Positions 23,972 through 37,385 of a DNA stretch of 64,000 nucleotides are shown piece by piece (the stretch's first letter is position 1; each line of letters opens with the position of its first letter). Origin of the DNA: Cycas panzhihuaensis (Eukaryota > Plantae > Cycadophyta); assembly GCA_023213395.1 (NCBI GenBank), contig CM041465.1, positions 204,731,741 to 204,795,740 on the forward strand, read 5' to 3'. Both the position numbers and the translations under genes were made by a program. The notes beneath the pieces are model-generated. The model was not told the DNA's origin. It searched no databases and worked only from the letters and a program-made list of their open reading frames with translations.

Positions 23972-25373
23972 AACTTCTTTAAGTCTCTTAAATACTTGTT
24001 TCTTCATCCTTTGCAGGGATCAATACATAGGATTGCCATGGCCCTAACTATTTATAAGGGAAGTCATGTGTCTCATGGTATTTTAAAAAAACTTTAAAAA
24101 AAAGAAAAGAAAATTATGTTGTTATATTATCCCTAAAGAAGCAAGCAAACATTAGATCTTTGGTTAATACCAAAGTTTAAATATGTGGATAATAGAATCC
24201 AATACATCAAATGTATCAAAAAATACATGGATAGAATTAGGTAGAATTAATCTATCTATAAGTTGAATTTCTTATTCATTGAGAATAATCACCTCTAACT
24301 ATTATTTACAATGCATATGATACAACCTTAATATATACTTAGGATCTGTAATGGTCCATACAAGAATCTGTAACTATCCTGATACTTGTCATAAGTCTAT
24401 TTAGGACTTTTTAATAACTTCTATGACACATGTCATTATCTTTGATGACTCACACCTTATTTTGTCCTCATATGAACATTAATTTCAATCAAACAAATAT
24501 AAAATTATAAAAAAATAAAATTGACAAAAAATAATAATACACAAATAAAAATAAATGAACATTAAGATCACAATGACACTCTTAAGGTGGTAGGATACCA
24601 CACCTTTAATGACAACAACATACCATCACAACACTTGGATAATACTAAAAGATAGTACTTGTATTGCAGTATCATTTGATGGGACAACTTCTTAATTACA
24701 TACAATAGTAATGATATTCAAGATACTACACTCTAAGGATTACATAAATATATATGGAGCTCTATGGCCACTACACAACCTTGTATTGAAGTAAAAATTG
24801 ATTAAGATCTAAGGAGATGAAAGCTTAGACGGTTTGTGGGCGTTTGTAGGGTTTTGCGTCTGCATTTCTATGGCAGCGATCTACGATAGGGTTTCCATCG
24901 ACTTGGCGGCAACGGGGGCTCGTTCTTCCTCTGGATACGGCCCCAGGTTTCTTCTCGGGGATCTGGATGCCACAGCACCTATCCTCCTTATTCCCTGTAG
25001 CTTCCCAAATTAGAAATGGAGCTGCGAGAGTAGCTCTTCAAGTTGCAGGCCGATACTCTAACTTTGTAACGACCGTGGTGAGAAAGGGGTTTAGGCAGCC
25101 ACATCCTTTGGCACAGGGAAGGGCGAAGATTCGTGACAATTTTGGTTCTTCCTCAGTCTAACGATGGCTAATAAACAAGCATAGTAAGCTTGGTAGATCT
25201 GCAGCCGGGTTTCTTCTTCTAGGGTGTAAGATCTACTTCATTCCAGAGTATAGATTCAAGGGCGAAGGACTGCTAAAGTCTGTAGTGGTTATCTGTCTTC
25301 TAAGGGCCATGGTAATCTCTATATAGACTTGCATGTAGCCTATGAGTTTTTGCTTTAGTTTCTATTTTTAATC

Positions 25374-26643
25374 ATGGTAGAGGACCAAATCTTTCAAAAC
25401 CAGAACTACATTCCTACACAGGGGAGATCATACTCTGATGTTTTAAGAGCCAATAATGATGAGCTCTATGATTTAACACCTATTATTCAAGACAATAAAG
25501 TCATATTGAAAATCCCCAAGGATTAGTGGAGAAAACAGAAAAATATTAGGAAAATTGCCTTGTGGGTCGCTTCTCTAGACCCAGAACGGGGTTGGAAACC
25601 ATCAGAAGCTGGACTAGAAACAAATGGAAAATGACTAGTAATGTGGAAGTTATTGCTATGCCAAATGGCTACGTCCTTTTTAAATTCTTATCCTCTAAAG
25701 ATATGGCCAATATCCTCCTTAAGGGACCCTGGATGCTAGAGAAGAAAGCTTTAATTCTTGAAAAATGGCATAGAGATTTTGATCCCTTAGTACCCAGGAT
25801 TAAGCAAGCCCTAATTTGGATTCAACTTCTGGGACTCCCTTTGTACCATTGGAACCTAGAGGTTCTAAAGGGGATTGTGAAAGTTATGGGACCTCTCCTA
25901 GCTATGGATTCTACAGCCAAGAATAGAAGCAGACTCATTAACGCTAGCTTCTGCGCTCTGGCTAGGATTGATAAACCCCTCCTGGACGAACTTTGGATTG
26001 ATATGGCAGATCAGAGCTGGGCACAACCCTTACTATACGAAATGGAGAACTTCATATGCTCGATCTGTAGAAAACTGGGTCATTTACCTAAGTAATGCCT
26101 AGGCGAAAAGAACAAAGAGGGAGAAAAGCAGGAGGAAACCTTAGGGTCGAATCCTTAAGAGTCGACAATACAAGGTGATCATACCCCAGAGTTGCAAGGC
26201 GACCCCACTACTCAGGTCCAAGACGGTAGTCCTTTTAAGGTGCAAATTGGTTGCCCTCTGGAGCCACAAGGGGAGGCTACCCACCCAGGGGAGTTAGATC
26301 AAGACTTCGACCCTAATGAGGAGGACACCCTTTCAGAACCAGGGGAGCAGGAGAATCAGGGTTCAGGACTATAGGAGAACCTTGAAGGGAAAGCCAACTG
26401 AGGGGAATTTACCCCAGTTGGATCAGGGCCACTGACCTAGCCTCCTTTGATACATACAGATGAGGTCCAGAAGAAGACTCTTGATTTAGGATTTAAAAAA
26501 TGGGTGGTCAGGCCTCCCCTAAAATTGATCAGAGAAAGAGAAGTGGCTACCTAAGTAGACCAGGGCAACCAGAAAACTCTCAACGATGGCTTTCTCAAAG
26601 GTCCTAGACTCAGATCTAGAGCGGAGGGACGAGACCCCCCTAA
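25374..26643 (+). pseudogene. LINE C ORF1 (DUF4283-like, CCHC knuckle)
   Basis: GRSYSDVL, KGPWML, IWIQLLGLPL, CSICRKLGHLPK*C. The 3' end is approximate. Confidence 0.85.
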
Positions 26644-26682
26644 AGGAGAGACCTCATAGGCGTGGAAGCAAAGGAGGAAGAG

Positions 26683-29600
26683 ATGAAGCTTATATCGTGG
26701 AACGTTAGGGGGCTGAACGCCCCCTCGAAATAGAGAATTATTAGGTATATGCGAGCAAGAGAAATCCCAGACTTACTATTTATACAAGAAACAAAGTTAA
26801 ACCTGGAAAATAGCCTAAGAGCTAGAAACAAAATATGGAGGAATGCCGAGGGTAGAGAAGTAGGAAGTAACCAAGGGTCTGGTGGTCTAATGGTCCTTTG
26901 GAACCTGGATGTTTCACTTGGAGAAACCTTTATGGAGGAGGACTCCTTTATCTCTATGTGGCTAATTAATAGAAGGAACAATTTGAGATGGCTTGTTACA
27001 AATATGTATGCCCCAAATCTTCAAGGAGATAGGAAGAGACTATGGGACAGAATCTTGGAGGTCCACAGGGATTATGGTGCCCCTTGGCTAGTGGCGGGAG
27101 ACTTTAATACAACGTTATTCCTGGGGGACAAGAAGGGGGGTCTTGAAAGATGGACAAATAGTATGCATGAGTTCGGTGGCTTCCTATAGTAGGGAGGGTT
27201 TGTGGACGTGAAGCTGAGGGGCGTATCATATACCTAGTCCAACAAGAGGCTTGGCAATCAACTTATCCAAATCAAACTAAACAGAGTGCTAGTCAATTAT
27301 GACTAGGTGAGATGCTACAAAGACTTTACCCTAAAGGCCCTTCCAAAATTAAGATCAGACCACTCTCCCCTCTAGTTTTAGTTTCTGGATTACAAAAAAA
27401 ATATGGGATCTCCCTTTATATTTGAAATGATGTGGCTTTGGCACCCTGACTTTCAAAAAAGAATGGAGGAATGGTGGAGGGTCTAAATACGTGGTCATGC
27501 CATGTTCAGATTCTCAAAGAAGTTAGATTGGGTGAAAAGACAAGCAAAAGCATGGAATAAGGAGGTCTTCCAGGACATTCATGCTTTCAAGGACTAAACG
27601 ATCATGGACCTAAAGGAAATTGAGAATAAGATTCAACGGGAGGGTAGATCTCAAGATTTAGACAAGATGGAAAGGGATATGGTTGAAAGGCTAGAGGAGA
27701 TTCTAAGCAAAGAGGAAATTCGCTGGAGGCAAAAAATCCAGGGTCATATGGCTGGCTGAAGGGGATAGAAATACCAAATTTTTCCACATGACTACTGTTA
27801 AGTAAAGAGTGAGTAATAGGATTCCGTGCCCTCAAAGGGATGACGACTCGGTAGCAAAATCCTCGAAAGACTTGAAGGATCTGATAAGCGACTACTTCAA
27901 GGATTTATTTACTGAACTGTAGGATGGGGACAAGGAGGTTAGGAAGGATTTTATGAGGAACATCCCCAGGCTGGTTAATGACTCCTAGAATTCAAGGTTG
28001 ATAGCTCCTTTCACTCAGGATGAGGTTAAAACTATAATTTTTGACATGAAGAGGGACAAAGCTCCAGGGCCTGACGGTTTCCCTCTGGGATTTTTTTAGG
28101 GATTTTGGGATATTATGAAAGATGACCTCATGGAGGCCTTGCAGGAGTTCCATACAAATCATAAGATCCTGTAGGAATGGCAAGCTACATTTCTTCTTCT
28201 TATCCCGAAAAAGGAGGGGGCTAAGCGAATGGAGGAGTTCTGCCCCATTAGCCTCTGCAATGTCAAGTACAAGATCTTAACCAAGGTTCTAGCCAACAGA
28301 CTAAAGAAATTCATGCCTAGCATTACTTCTCATAACCAGGATGGTTTTCTCTAGGGTAGGAAGATTTTTTATGGTATTATAGTGGTTCATGAAATAATCC
28401 ACTCAGCAAAGGAGAGGAAGGAGCCCACAATGCTCATTAAGATTGACCTTGCGAAGGCTTTCGATAGAGTCTCTTGGGACTGCCTTCTTGAGTGCTTAGA
28501 GGCATTTGGCTTTGGGGAGACATGGCGGGATTGGATTAAACTCTGCATATCTAGCCCCCAATATTCGGTAATTATCAACGACACTTCTTCCAATTTCTTC
28601 CCAGGCTATAGAGGTTTGAGACAAGGGGATCCTCTCTCCCCTTTTCTCTACATTTCTATGGCTAAAATGTTGGGTAGAACCATAGAGGCAGTTAAAAGAC
28701 AATGGATTATCAAGGGTTTAAAGTTGACATCTCATGTGGGCAATATTGTTCATCACCAATTTGTGGATGAAAATATCTTTTTGGGGAAGGCCGCTATTAA
28801 AGAGGCCTCTAAGATCAGAGAAGGCTTAAGATATTTCGAATTGGCCACGAACCAGAAGGTTAACTTGAACAAAAGTAGTGTTTACTTTCTTAACACCTCG
28901 GGGACTACCTAAAGAAGGATTAGCAATATCTTGGACATGGGTATTAAGAAGCTACCCACCTCCTACCTTGGTATGCCCCTATTTGTTGGCAAGATGTCTA
29001 AGGATATGTGGAACCCTCTCATCGATCGAATGCAAAGGACGTTGGTTGGGTGGAAAGGTGCCCTCCTTAGCTTAGTAGGGAAGCTCCAGCTTGTGGCCTC
29101 TACTCTTCAAAGCATTCTAGTATTCTAGATGTCCATCTTTAGAATACTGGTTAGCATTTTAGCTATGCTTGAATCCACCAAGAAAATATTCCTCTGGTTC
29201 GAAGTCAAGGATAAGGATAGGATTCACCTAGTGAGTTGGAACAAGGTTTTCACCCCGAAGTGGGCCGGAGGCCTTAATCTAAGAAGAATTTTAGTTTTTA
29301 ATATTTCCCTGGCAGCCAAGTTGGGATGGCACCTAGTCAAGGGTGGTAAGAGACTGTGGGAAAAGATCCTTTCTCAGAAGTCTCTTCAAGGCGATTCACT
29401 CCTTGAGAACTTGGCTCATCCAACCAGCTCAGTTGTTTGGAGAAGCATCCTCAAAGCTTGGAATGCGGTGAGAGATGGCATGAAATGGAGTCTAGGCGAT
29501 GGCAGCTCCATAAGGTTTTGGGAAGATGCTCGGTGTAGCGATAAAATCCTAAAGCATTGTCCTGATCTAGCTCCCCTCTAGGCCCCTTATGAAAGATTAT

Positions 29601-30871
29601 ATGGTTCTCTCGTTAAGGATTACTGGACTAGATCTGGCATAGCCAAAAATTAGAGAAGCTTTGAGGACATCCAGAGGGAGCAACTATTTCAGGATAGTCT
29701 TACTAAGCTCAAAAGGATTCTTGATAAATGTTATATCCCCAAGACCGCCCTTGCAGACACTGTCGTTTGGTCCTCTAATCAATTCAGGGAGTACTCGGCC
29801 AGGTAGGGCCACCTCTTCCTCTACTCAGAGAGAGGTGACCTGAGGAATAAGACTTTGGAAGGGGTCTGGAAACTAGCTCTCTTCCCTAAGATTGCTATAT
29901 TTTGGTGGATCTGTCTTAAGAAGAAAATTCTTACTGTGGATAACCTCAAAAAGAGAGGTTTTCACATGACTAATAGGCGCATCTTATGTTGCAATGAGGA
30001 GGAAACTATGGATCGTCTTCTCCTTTGGTGCCCTTACTCTAGAGAGGTCTGGGGGCTCCTGCTTGGTAAATTGGTGGTGAGCTGGACTTTTTTCGAAAAT
30101 GTTGAAGACGAATGGTCTGCTTGGCTTAGTCCCTTCAGGAGCAGAGTCTTAAGCATCATATGGAGAAGTGTTGTCCCAGTGTTGTCCTAGAACATATGGA
30201 AGGAGAGGAACAAAAGGAATTTCCAGGAAAGGCAGATGGACCCGTATGCTATTTTTAACAAAATCTCTTTGGAAATTAGGGAGAATATTAATCACATCAA
30301 GGAAAAGCAAATTGCCTTAGTGGAAAGTAAGATCCTGTTAAATTGGGGGATACGACTGATATTTAAGGTAGTTAAGGCAAAATCTAAACCTTGGATTCCT
30401 CCTGAGGAGCTTTGGTTAAAAATTAAATTTGATGGGGCTTCAAAAGGTAACCCTGGTGAAGTTGGGGACGGGGAGATTTGCAGAGACAATTTTAGAAACC
30501 CTATTTGGGCATTTGTAGATTACTATAATCAACAAACAAACTACTATGCAGAAATGAATGCTATGTTTAAGGCCGTTGAGTTAGCCCTGGACTGTGGTTC
30601 CAAGAGATTGGTTATCGAAGGGGATTCTTTGATGGTTATAAATTCGCTGAAGGGCATGGCTTCCCTGGGTTGGAGATTCCAACCCATTATCAAATATACG
30701 ATGGAGATCCCCAAGGGCTTAGACAACACCCGGATTCAGCACATATTAAGGGATGGTAACAAAGTGGTTGATTTTTTGGCTAACTAGGGGGTTAGGCATA
30801 AAAAAGCTACTATTTGGAGGCAGGATTTCCCTGAGGAACTTATGGTTCTGGTTGAAAAGGATAGGATTTGA
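26683..30871 (+). pseudogene. LINE C ORF2 (APE-RT-zf-RVT-RNase H), many stops
   Basis: MKLISWNVRGLN, GDFN, SDHSP, GLRQGDPLSP, QFVDE, KFDGASKGNPG, IEGDS. Confidence 0.92.
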
Positions 30872-31084
30872 GATAGCTAGCCATGGGGCTTGTCCTGGCG
30901 ATGTAATTTCTATGCTTAGACTGTGGGGTTGTCACAGTCCTCTTTGACTTGGTTGACACTAGCTTCTTGATGTACTAGCTTGTGGGATCATGTTTTCAAA
31001 CCCACATATTATTCATTTTTTACCTTATCAAAAAAACTACACAACCTTATACTTATACATATGGGATATTAAGAAGATAGAATA

Positions 31085-31170
31085 AGTAGAAGATATAAGA
31101 GAAGATAAGAGAGAGAAGAAGTAGAAGATATAAGAGAAGATAAGAGAAAGAAGAAGTAGAAAATATAAGT
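31085..31170. repeat. 35-bp purine-rich minisatellite, about 2.5 copies
   Basis: The unit AGTAGAAGATATAAGAGAAGATAAGAGAGAGAAGA starts at 31085, 31120 and 31155 (partial). Confidence 0.85.
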
Positions 31171-31489
31171 GAATAAAAGACAAGGTAAGTTAGGGGTTGG
31201 ATCCCTCATAAACCCCCCCTTAAAAAAACTTTGCTTTGCTCTCATATCTTATTTTCATCTTTTTTTTATTCAGCATTGCCATTGTATACATGTGAATGAT
31301 TTATTCTCTAGATCCATCATTTCTTCATTCAAAACCTAAATGCATGATCATGTGTATGATCACCTTTTAATGATTTAGACCCCTAGGCTAGTTTAACCTT
31401 CTCTTTAGATGTAGAAGGTTTAGTTAGCCTTTTTACCTCAATCTAAATCTTAAATACTTCAAGAGCTAAGCACTTCTCAATAGTCTCTT

Positions 31490-31960
31490 CATAGAAAATA
31501 AGCCCTAGTTTGAGAATGTCAAGGTGTATCTAGAGTCTCAAGGTATTGATGAAGATATCAAAAAGTAAGTCGTTGACCAAGGGAGCTTGATAAGAGTGAA
31601 CTAAATCTTTAAAATAACAAATAAAGTCACATGATGACTCTTCTCCATCTTGTTTAACTAAGAGCATAGCTTTAGCACTAATCTCAAATAGCCTAGCCAT
31701 ATTAAAATAGCTTATAAAAGTGTCAACCAACTATTAGAAAGAGAAGAAAGATGTAGGTATTAGTATGTAGAACCACTTTAATGCATTACCCTGAAAGGTC
31801 TTTGGAAATAACTACATCATCAAATAGTCATAAGGGATCTAGTCAATGCATGTATGAGTAAAAACTTGCACATGTTATGCTAGATCTTAGGTTGACTCCC
31901 CTAAAAATTTAGGCAACTCAAACATGAAAGGAGATAGTGGAGAGAGAAGAACATCTTGTG
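31490..31960 (-). pseudogene. gag: Retrotransposon gag fragment
   Basis: ELPKFLGEST*DLA*HVQVF...LFPKTFQGNALKWFY...LVDTFISYF...VKQDGEESSCDFICYF resembles Retrotrans_gag. Confidence 0.7.
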
Positions 31961-34900
31961 GGAAGGGATTCCTCTAGTAATTAACATAGGACCTCCTTCC
32001 CCTTAAGGATGAAGTCACTTTAGGGATTATTTGTATAGGTCTTAAGTCTCTAGGTGCCCCACCACCCAGGACAAGACACATGTAGTTGTTCTAAATGTCT
32101 AGGGTATGGTCCTATAGCAAGATGAGACATAATTACTCCCTAAGGAGGGAAGCCTCCTAGATGTTAAGAAGTGGGAGGAACATATGGCCCATAGCTAATA
32201 AGTTAAGTAGCCCTGCTAAGTATGCATAGGTAAGAGGCCGTAAAAGGATATGAAGTTTTATCATAGTTGTATGGCATGTACATGTGGAGCTTGATGGCTC
32301 ATGATTAGAATGTAGGAGGGTCACGCATGGTTAACTAGCCCTTAATAAAGCAATGATGTGAGATAGGCATATGAAGATGGTCAAGTCAAATGAGGTCATA
32401 TGGGAGCAACATGAGTTTACATTGTCTAAATGAAGGGGTTACCCTATGAAGGATATCTACCCTTGGTTAATGAGCGAACATCTCTTGGTGATGGAAGAGA
32501 AGTAGGTGCATATAGGAAAGGAGCATTTGGCCTAGTATAATGAGTGGTAGGGATAGATCTTGATTGAGGCCCTACCTAAGAAGTCGCTAGTAGAGGTGTA
32601 CACTATCAAACAACCATAAACTTAGTCTAAAGATTATGAGCATGACTATTAGGGTCAATACCCAAAGAGGATGGGTGAACATAAGGTATATGTACTCCTC
32701 ACTCTTGTGTAGTGATGTTTGAGCAAACATAATTTAAGGTGACTAGACCTAGAACTTGCTCAAAGGCATGTGCAGTAGTTGGAGGAGGATCTAACATAGA
32801 TACTCCTTATTCATCATCATGGTAGATGGGTCTCATATGGTCCACATAATGATTATTCCATGATGTGGGACTTCTTATAAAAGATGCAATCTTGGCTAGA
32901 TCATATTCTTCTCTAATAAGGACCTTATATGAGATAGGCTCTTTTGAGTACTTGAATGGGTTTAAAGCATCTTAATGTATAAATGGAGTAGTGGTAGGAT
33001 CATAATGGAATTTCCATAACCTTCCTAAAGAGTAAAGGTGGAAATTTAGGAATGTGATGGAGTCTTTAAGGGGAAGACCCTGAATTCTCCTTGATTACCT
33101 AAGAGGGATATGGGAAGGATCCATGAAAAATATATAATGAAAGATAAATGGAATGTATGGATATGACTTTAGTAAAATAAAGGGATGGAAATGAGTCATA
33201 TGAAGTTAGCTTGACTAAAGTGAATGATTGAATTAAGGTTAAGTAGGTGGATGTATGTCAATAGAAGATTCTAATAATAAGAATAAATGACTAACTAAGA
33301 AGTTTAGACAACTCCCTAATATAATTCCCAAAATGATACATGTTTATGTAGGTCACCTTAGGAACCTCAAATCATAGGAGAAGTGATCTTTATAAAAGCA
33401 ACTAAGGTAATAAGTCTCAACAAATCTTTAACTCTCTTCTAAACAAAAGAGAGATGCCTTTCTATGTTTGTGCTAAGGAAGGAAATCTAATCAAGTGCTA
33501 ATTGTATACTTAACTAATCAATAATCAAAGTAAAAAAGAGTAAAGGAAACTCAAATAAATAAACAATCTCTAGTTACTCCCTACCAAAGAGATAAATAAA
33601 TAAGCAAAGACTTCCAATGAATAGGAAGATCATCAGGGTCCTTACCCCAAAAGAAGTTGTCTTAGACTCCCTATCAATTAATCACCCAACCCCTCCTAGA
33701 GGAGTGATCCAACCTAGATCTCTACCCAACTATAAAGGAGAGAAGTACATCATACTAACTATAAATTAGGATGATTGATAAGTGAGAAGACTCAAAAGAC
33801 CTTAGACCTTTGATTCATGACCCTATTGGGGGTCATTCACTTGGGACTTCCTCAATTGATGATGATCTACCTATGAAGGTGGATGGCTTATGAATACTTA
33901 CGTCTAATTCTAGTGAGTCTTACACACTTAGAGGTGAATGAAGAAGAGAGGAGTTACTCTCAACCCAAAGTGTGGTGGGAGACTATCACTTTTGGTGTTT
34001 GAAACATGGCAAGAAATAATGTTAAAGGAGGAGGAGTCTATATGCCAAGTATATCAAGTCTTAGATGATCAAGAATAACTTTATCAAGAGAATGGGACCT
34101 AACCTATAGGGAAACAAATGTCACACCTAAAATGTAAACTAGTATGTACTTTCATATTGTGTGAAATCAATAGAGACCTAAACTATACACAAATTAAATA
34201 ATCAAAATAAACACACTAGCCCTAATGCAAGTAGATGCATATGTAAATTATAAATCTTTTTTTTTTTTTTTAATAAATAACCTAAGATGTAATCAATCCT
34301 AATACATCATAGAAAGTTATCTAAGCTATCGTGTTGCTCTTATATTTATCCTAAGTGCTTATACTTTTATTTTGAAATTTAAAAAAAAACAAATAAGCAC
34401 TCAATATACTATCAAAAGAGAAAGAGAGAGAGTATGCTCAAAGTTACTCTTAATTGCTTCTTTCTTTTCTTTTTATGTTATGATCAAAAGAATATAAGAA
34501 GACCATGTAAGAAAGGGAAATTTTAGTAAGTAATTAAAGACATAAAGTAAATAAAATGAAATGAGGGTATACCTTTCATTATTTTGAAGTACCTTTCATG
34601 CAACACTTCAATGAACTCAAGTGCATTCACTCTAATAAAAAAGGTTAATAGCAACAACACTCAATCATAATTATAATAATGAGACCAAATCAAAATTAAA
34701 CTAGTCAGCATAAGAAACATATAACCCTACAAAATAGGGTTGAAGACTCCCTTCGAGAGCTCTTCAACAAATCCACTCACCTCCTTAGAGAGAGTTTGCT
34801 AGAATTGAGCCTATGTATGTAAACTTCTTCTCAAGTTATGAGTAGGAACTTATAGTGAAGAGAGTCTAAACTCAAGATAAAGGAAATTTTAACCAAAGAA

Positions 34901-36129
34901 ACACATAATTATTTTTATGAAAAGCATTCTCATCTAAGTTCTTTTTATATAAGAAAAGGAGTGAAGAAGCCAACTTTAAATGTAACTCTCTAGTGAAACA
35001 AAACCACCAAACTTGAAGGAGAGAAGGAGGAGGTGCCTTAGATTAGTGTAATGGCAGCTCTAAGATGCTTCAAACCAAGCTCCAACAAGCAATAGATGTG
35101 CAAAAATCTCTTAAAGGTAAAAGGAGAACTATTGTAAAGAATTCTTAAATAGAAAAGAGAAAGAAGTAAGAGAGAAAAGAGGTCAAAAGAAGAAAAATGT
35201 TTGAAACTTGGGTGTGTACATCCCCAAGTCTTAAAAATCTTCAAGCGATGCTCTAGTTCTTACTCCAATAAGTCACTCCATGGATGTGAAAAGGTCATAA
35301 GAGGTTGAGGTTGAATTTTAGCAACACTCTATTGGACAAAACTTAATCCCCTTAACAAATGGAAGGGTGCTTATAAGAAAATCAGGATCGAGTGGTTGGA
35401 AAAAGGCTATGGGAGGTTAGTCCATGGTTTCTTCAATAGATTGGGTCCATATTATGGGAGATAATTGATTTCTTCTTTTTCTTTTTACATGCAAAAGGTG
35501 AAAACCATGAACAATTTTAAAAATCACAATCAATTTATGACTAAAATCGTGGTCCACTTTATAAATCATAATTCACTTTACAAACTATAATCCACTTTAT
35601 GAACCTTGGTATTTAACTTTAACTATAATTTACTAAGTAAGTTGCAATTTTGGGTAACCTAAAATTCATGGTAAATAGTTAAAATTGCAATCTATGAAAT
35701 TCTCTAGAATGAGGTTAAAAAAAATAAAAAATTTTGAAACTTAAGTCATCTTGTCATCTAAAGGCATCACGGAAAGCTAATGAAGAATCAAACAAAGTAA
35801 AATCATCACTTAGAGATGTGAAAAAAATGATAAATTATCAAATCAAAGGCCCATAAAATCACAAACCAATAAGGAAAAGAATTGGAACTATGTCTTGGAC
35901 CAAGCTTGGAGGTGTTATAAAAGTGTATATATTTTGATCTATGCATCATCATATTAAACATCCATCCTATCATTATCTTAATTAATTAACTAAATAATGC
36001 AAATGCCTAATCAAAACCTTTAGTAGCAAACGAGATAAGGCATGGGACCTAGTCATGTTGAAAGGGGCATAGTTGACTAAAACAAGATGAAAGTCCTAAA
36101 AACTCTCCATTCAAATTTGGGAAAATAGA

Positions 36130-37385
36130 GTTAACTCATTTAGAGTTTGAAGATAATATTAGATAATTGTAGTATAAAGTAGACCTAAGAGAGGGATTCT
36201 ACATGTTTTAGCTTAAGCAAAAACTTAAATTCCTTAAAAATAAAATTAAGATATGGAACATATAGGTCTTTAGTGATATTTTCAAATAGAAAAAGTTACT
36301 TAATGAGAATATGGAATAGATCTAGCAGGAAATTATGAGGGAAGGGCTCTTGGATGAGTTAACAATGTGAGAGGAAAGTATTCTAAAGTCTTAGGTTTAT
36401 TGGTTTCAAGGACATAAGAACATAATTTTTTTCATCAAACTACTTTTAAGAATCATATCTATAATAGAATTCTTCATCCTAGAAAGAAGGATAAAGGCAT
36501 GTAAGATTCAACACTAAAGATTAAAGAAGAGTTGAAATCATTTTTTAGGGAGATAGCTAATGAAAATCAGGTGTTCAAAATAGTTTCTTATAGAGAAGTT
36601 TGTTTCATTATCCCAAAGTTGGTTTCTAAAAGGAAAAATATATCCTTATTCAAAGAGATAACCAAGGAGGAGGTTAAGAAAGCCATCATTAGTATGCCTC
36701 TAGGTAACGTTCATAGTTTGAATGGGTTTCCTATAAACATTTACCAAGATTTTTGGTATATAGTGGAGAAGGATGTGGTTAGAGTTGTGGACAAATCCAA
36801 GCAATCCTAAAAAGTATTATGGGCCCTCAAAACAACTTTTATAACCCTCACCCCTAAAGAAAAATCTAATAAGATAGTAGATAAATTTAGGCCAATAGCC
36901 TTGTGTAATACGACCTATAAAACTATATCTAAGGTTATGGATAACCAATTGGCATAAATCTTACTTAAAATAATATCTAAGGAATAAGAAGGCTTTATGG
37001 TTAAAAGCCAACTCCTAGATGGCATTATTATGATAATAAAAACTATTCATTCACTCAAACAAGCCAAAAAAGGGGCATGTTAATTAAGTTAGACACGTTC
37101 GCAACCTATGATTACTTGAATTAGGAATTTATGGATAATGCCATTCTAGCTTTTAACTTTGATAAGAGATGAGTATAGTGGGTTTATAATTATATATCTT
37201 CAACCCCCTTCTTAGTCTTAGTTAATGGTGTTCCTGCCTAACCATTTATGTCTTCCAGGGGGATAAGACAAAGAGACCCTTTATCTCCCTACCTATTTAT
37301 CACTATAGTAGAGGGTTTGGGAAAAACTAATTGCCAAGTTGAGATAAGAGAAGCAAATTAGAAGGATTAACCCATATATTGACAT
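36130..37385 (+). mobile_element. Old L1 LINE ORF2 fragment (RT N-half)
   Basis: ITKEEVKKAI, NGFPINIYQDFWYIV, FRPIALCN, RGIRQRDPLSPYLF. Confidence 0.85.

Larger units (their letters stand above)
13506..24490 (-). mobile_element. Ty1/copia element E, old, lacking RT/RNase H and most of gag
   Basis: LTR pair: 24184-24490 versus 13506-13651 plus 20837-21014 (split by Copia D). Candidate TSD AAACA at 13501-13505 and 24491-24495. Decayed PBS (TGGTATTAA, minus strand) at ~24164-24172. Outer ends are uncertain by about 10 bp. Confidence 0.8.
24786..31035 (+). mobile_element. Full-length L1-clade LINE C with RNase H
   Basis: 5' UTR, ORF1, ORF2 and a TTTTTTACCTTATC-A7 tail. TSD ACTACACAACCTT(G/A)TA at 24770-24785 and 31036-31051. 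Confidence 0.93.
31049..34100 (-). mobile_element. Decayed gypsy-type (non-chromovirus-like) remnant F: gag fragment, PPT and probable 3' LTR start, no pol seen
   Basis: Gag-like remnant at ~31490-31960. On the minus strand AAGGGGGGG (31221-31213) is followed by TGAGGG at 31208. Boundaries are approximate. Confidence 0.5.

Noticed and set aside
23916-24016. Plus-strand GTAAGT...TTTGCAG intron-like segment
   Set aside because: The flanks give no recognisable protein, and the opposite strand explains the sequence better (macrodomain motif).
31085-31170. 35-bp repeats as a CRISPR-like array
   Set aside because: Contiguous low-complexity units with no spacers or cas genes, in a eukaryotic context.
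34119-35919. Possible solo LTR (TGTCACACC...GGTGTTATA)
   Set aside because: The flanking 5-mers (ACAAA versus AAAGT) do not match and there is no second copy in the window.
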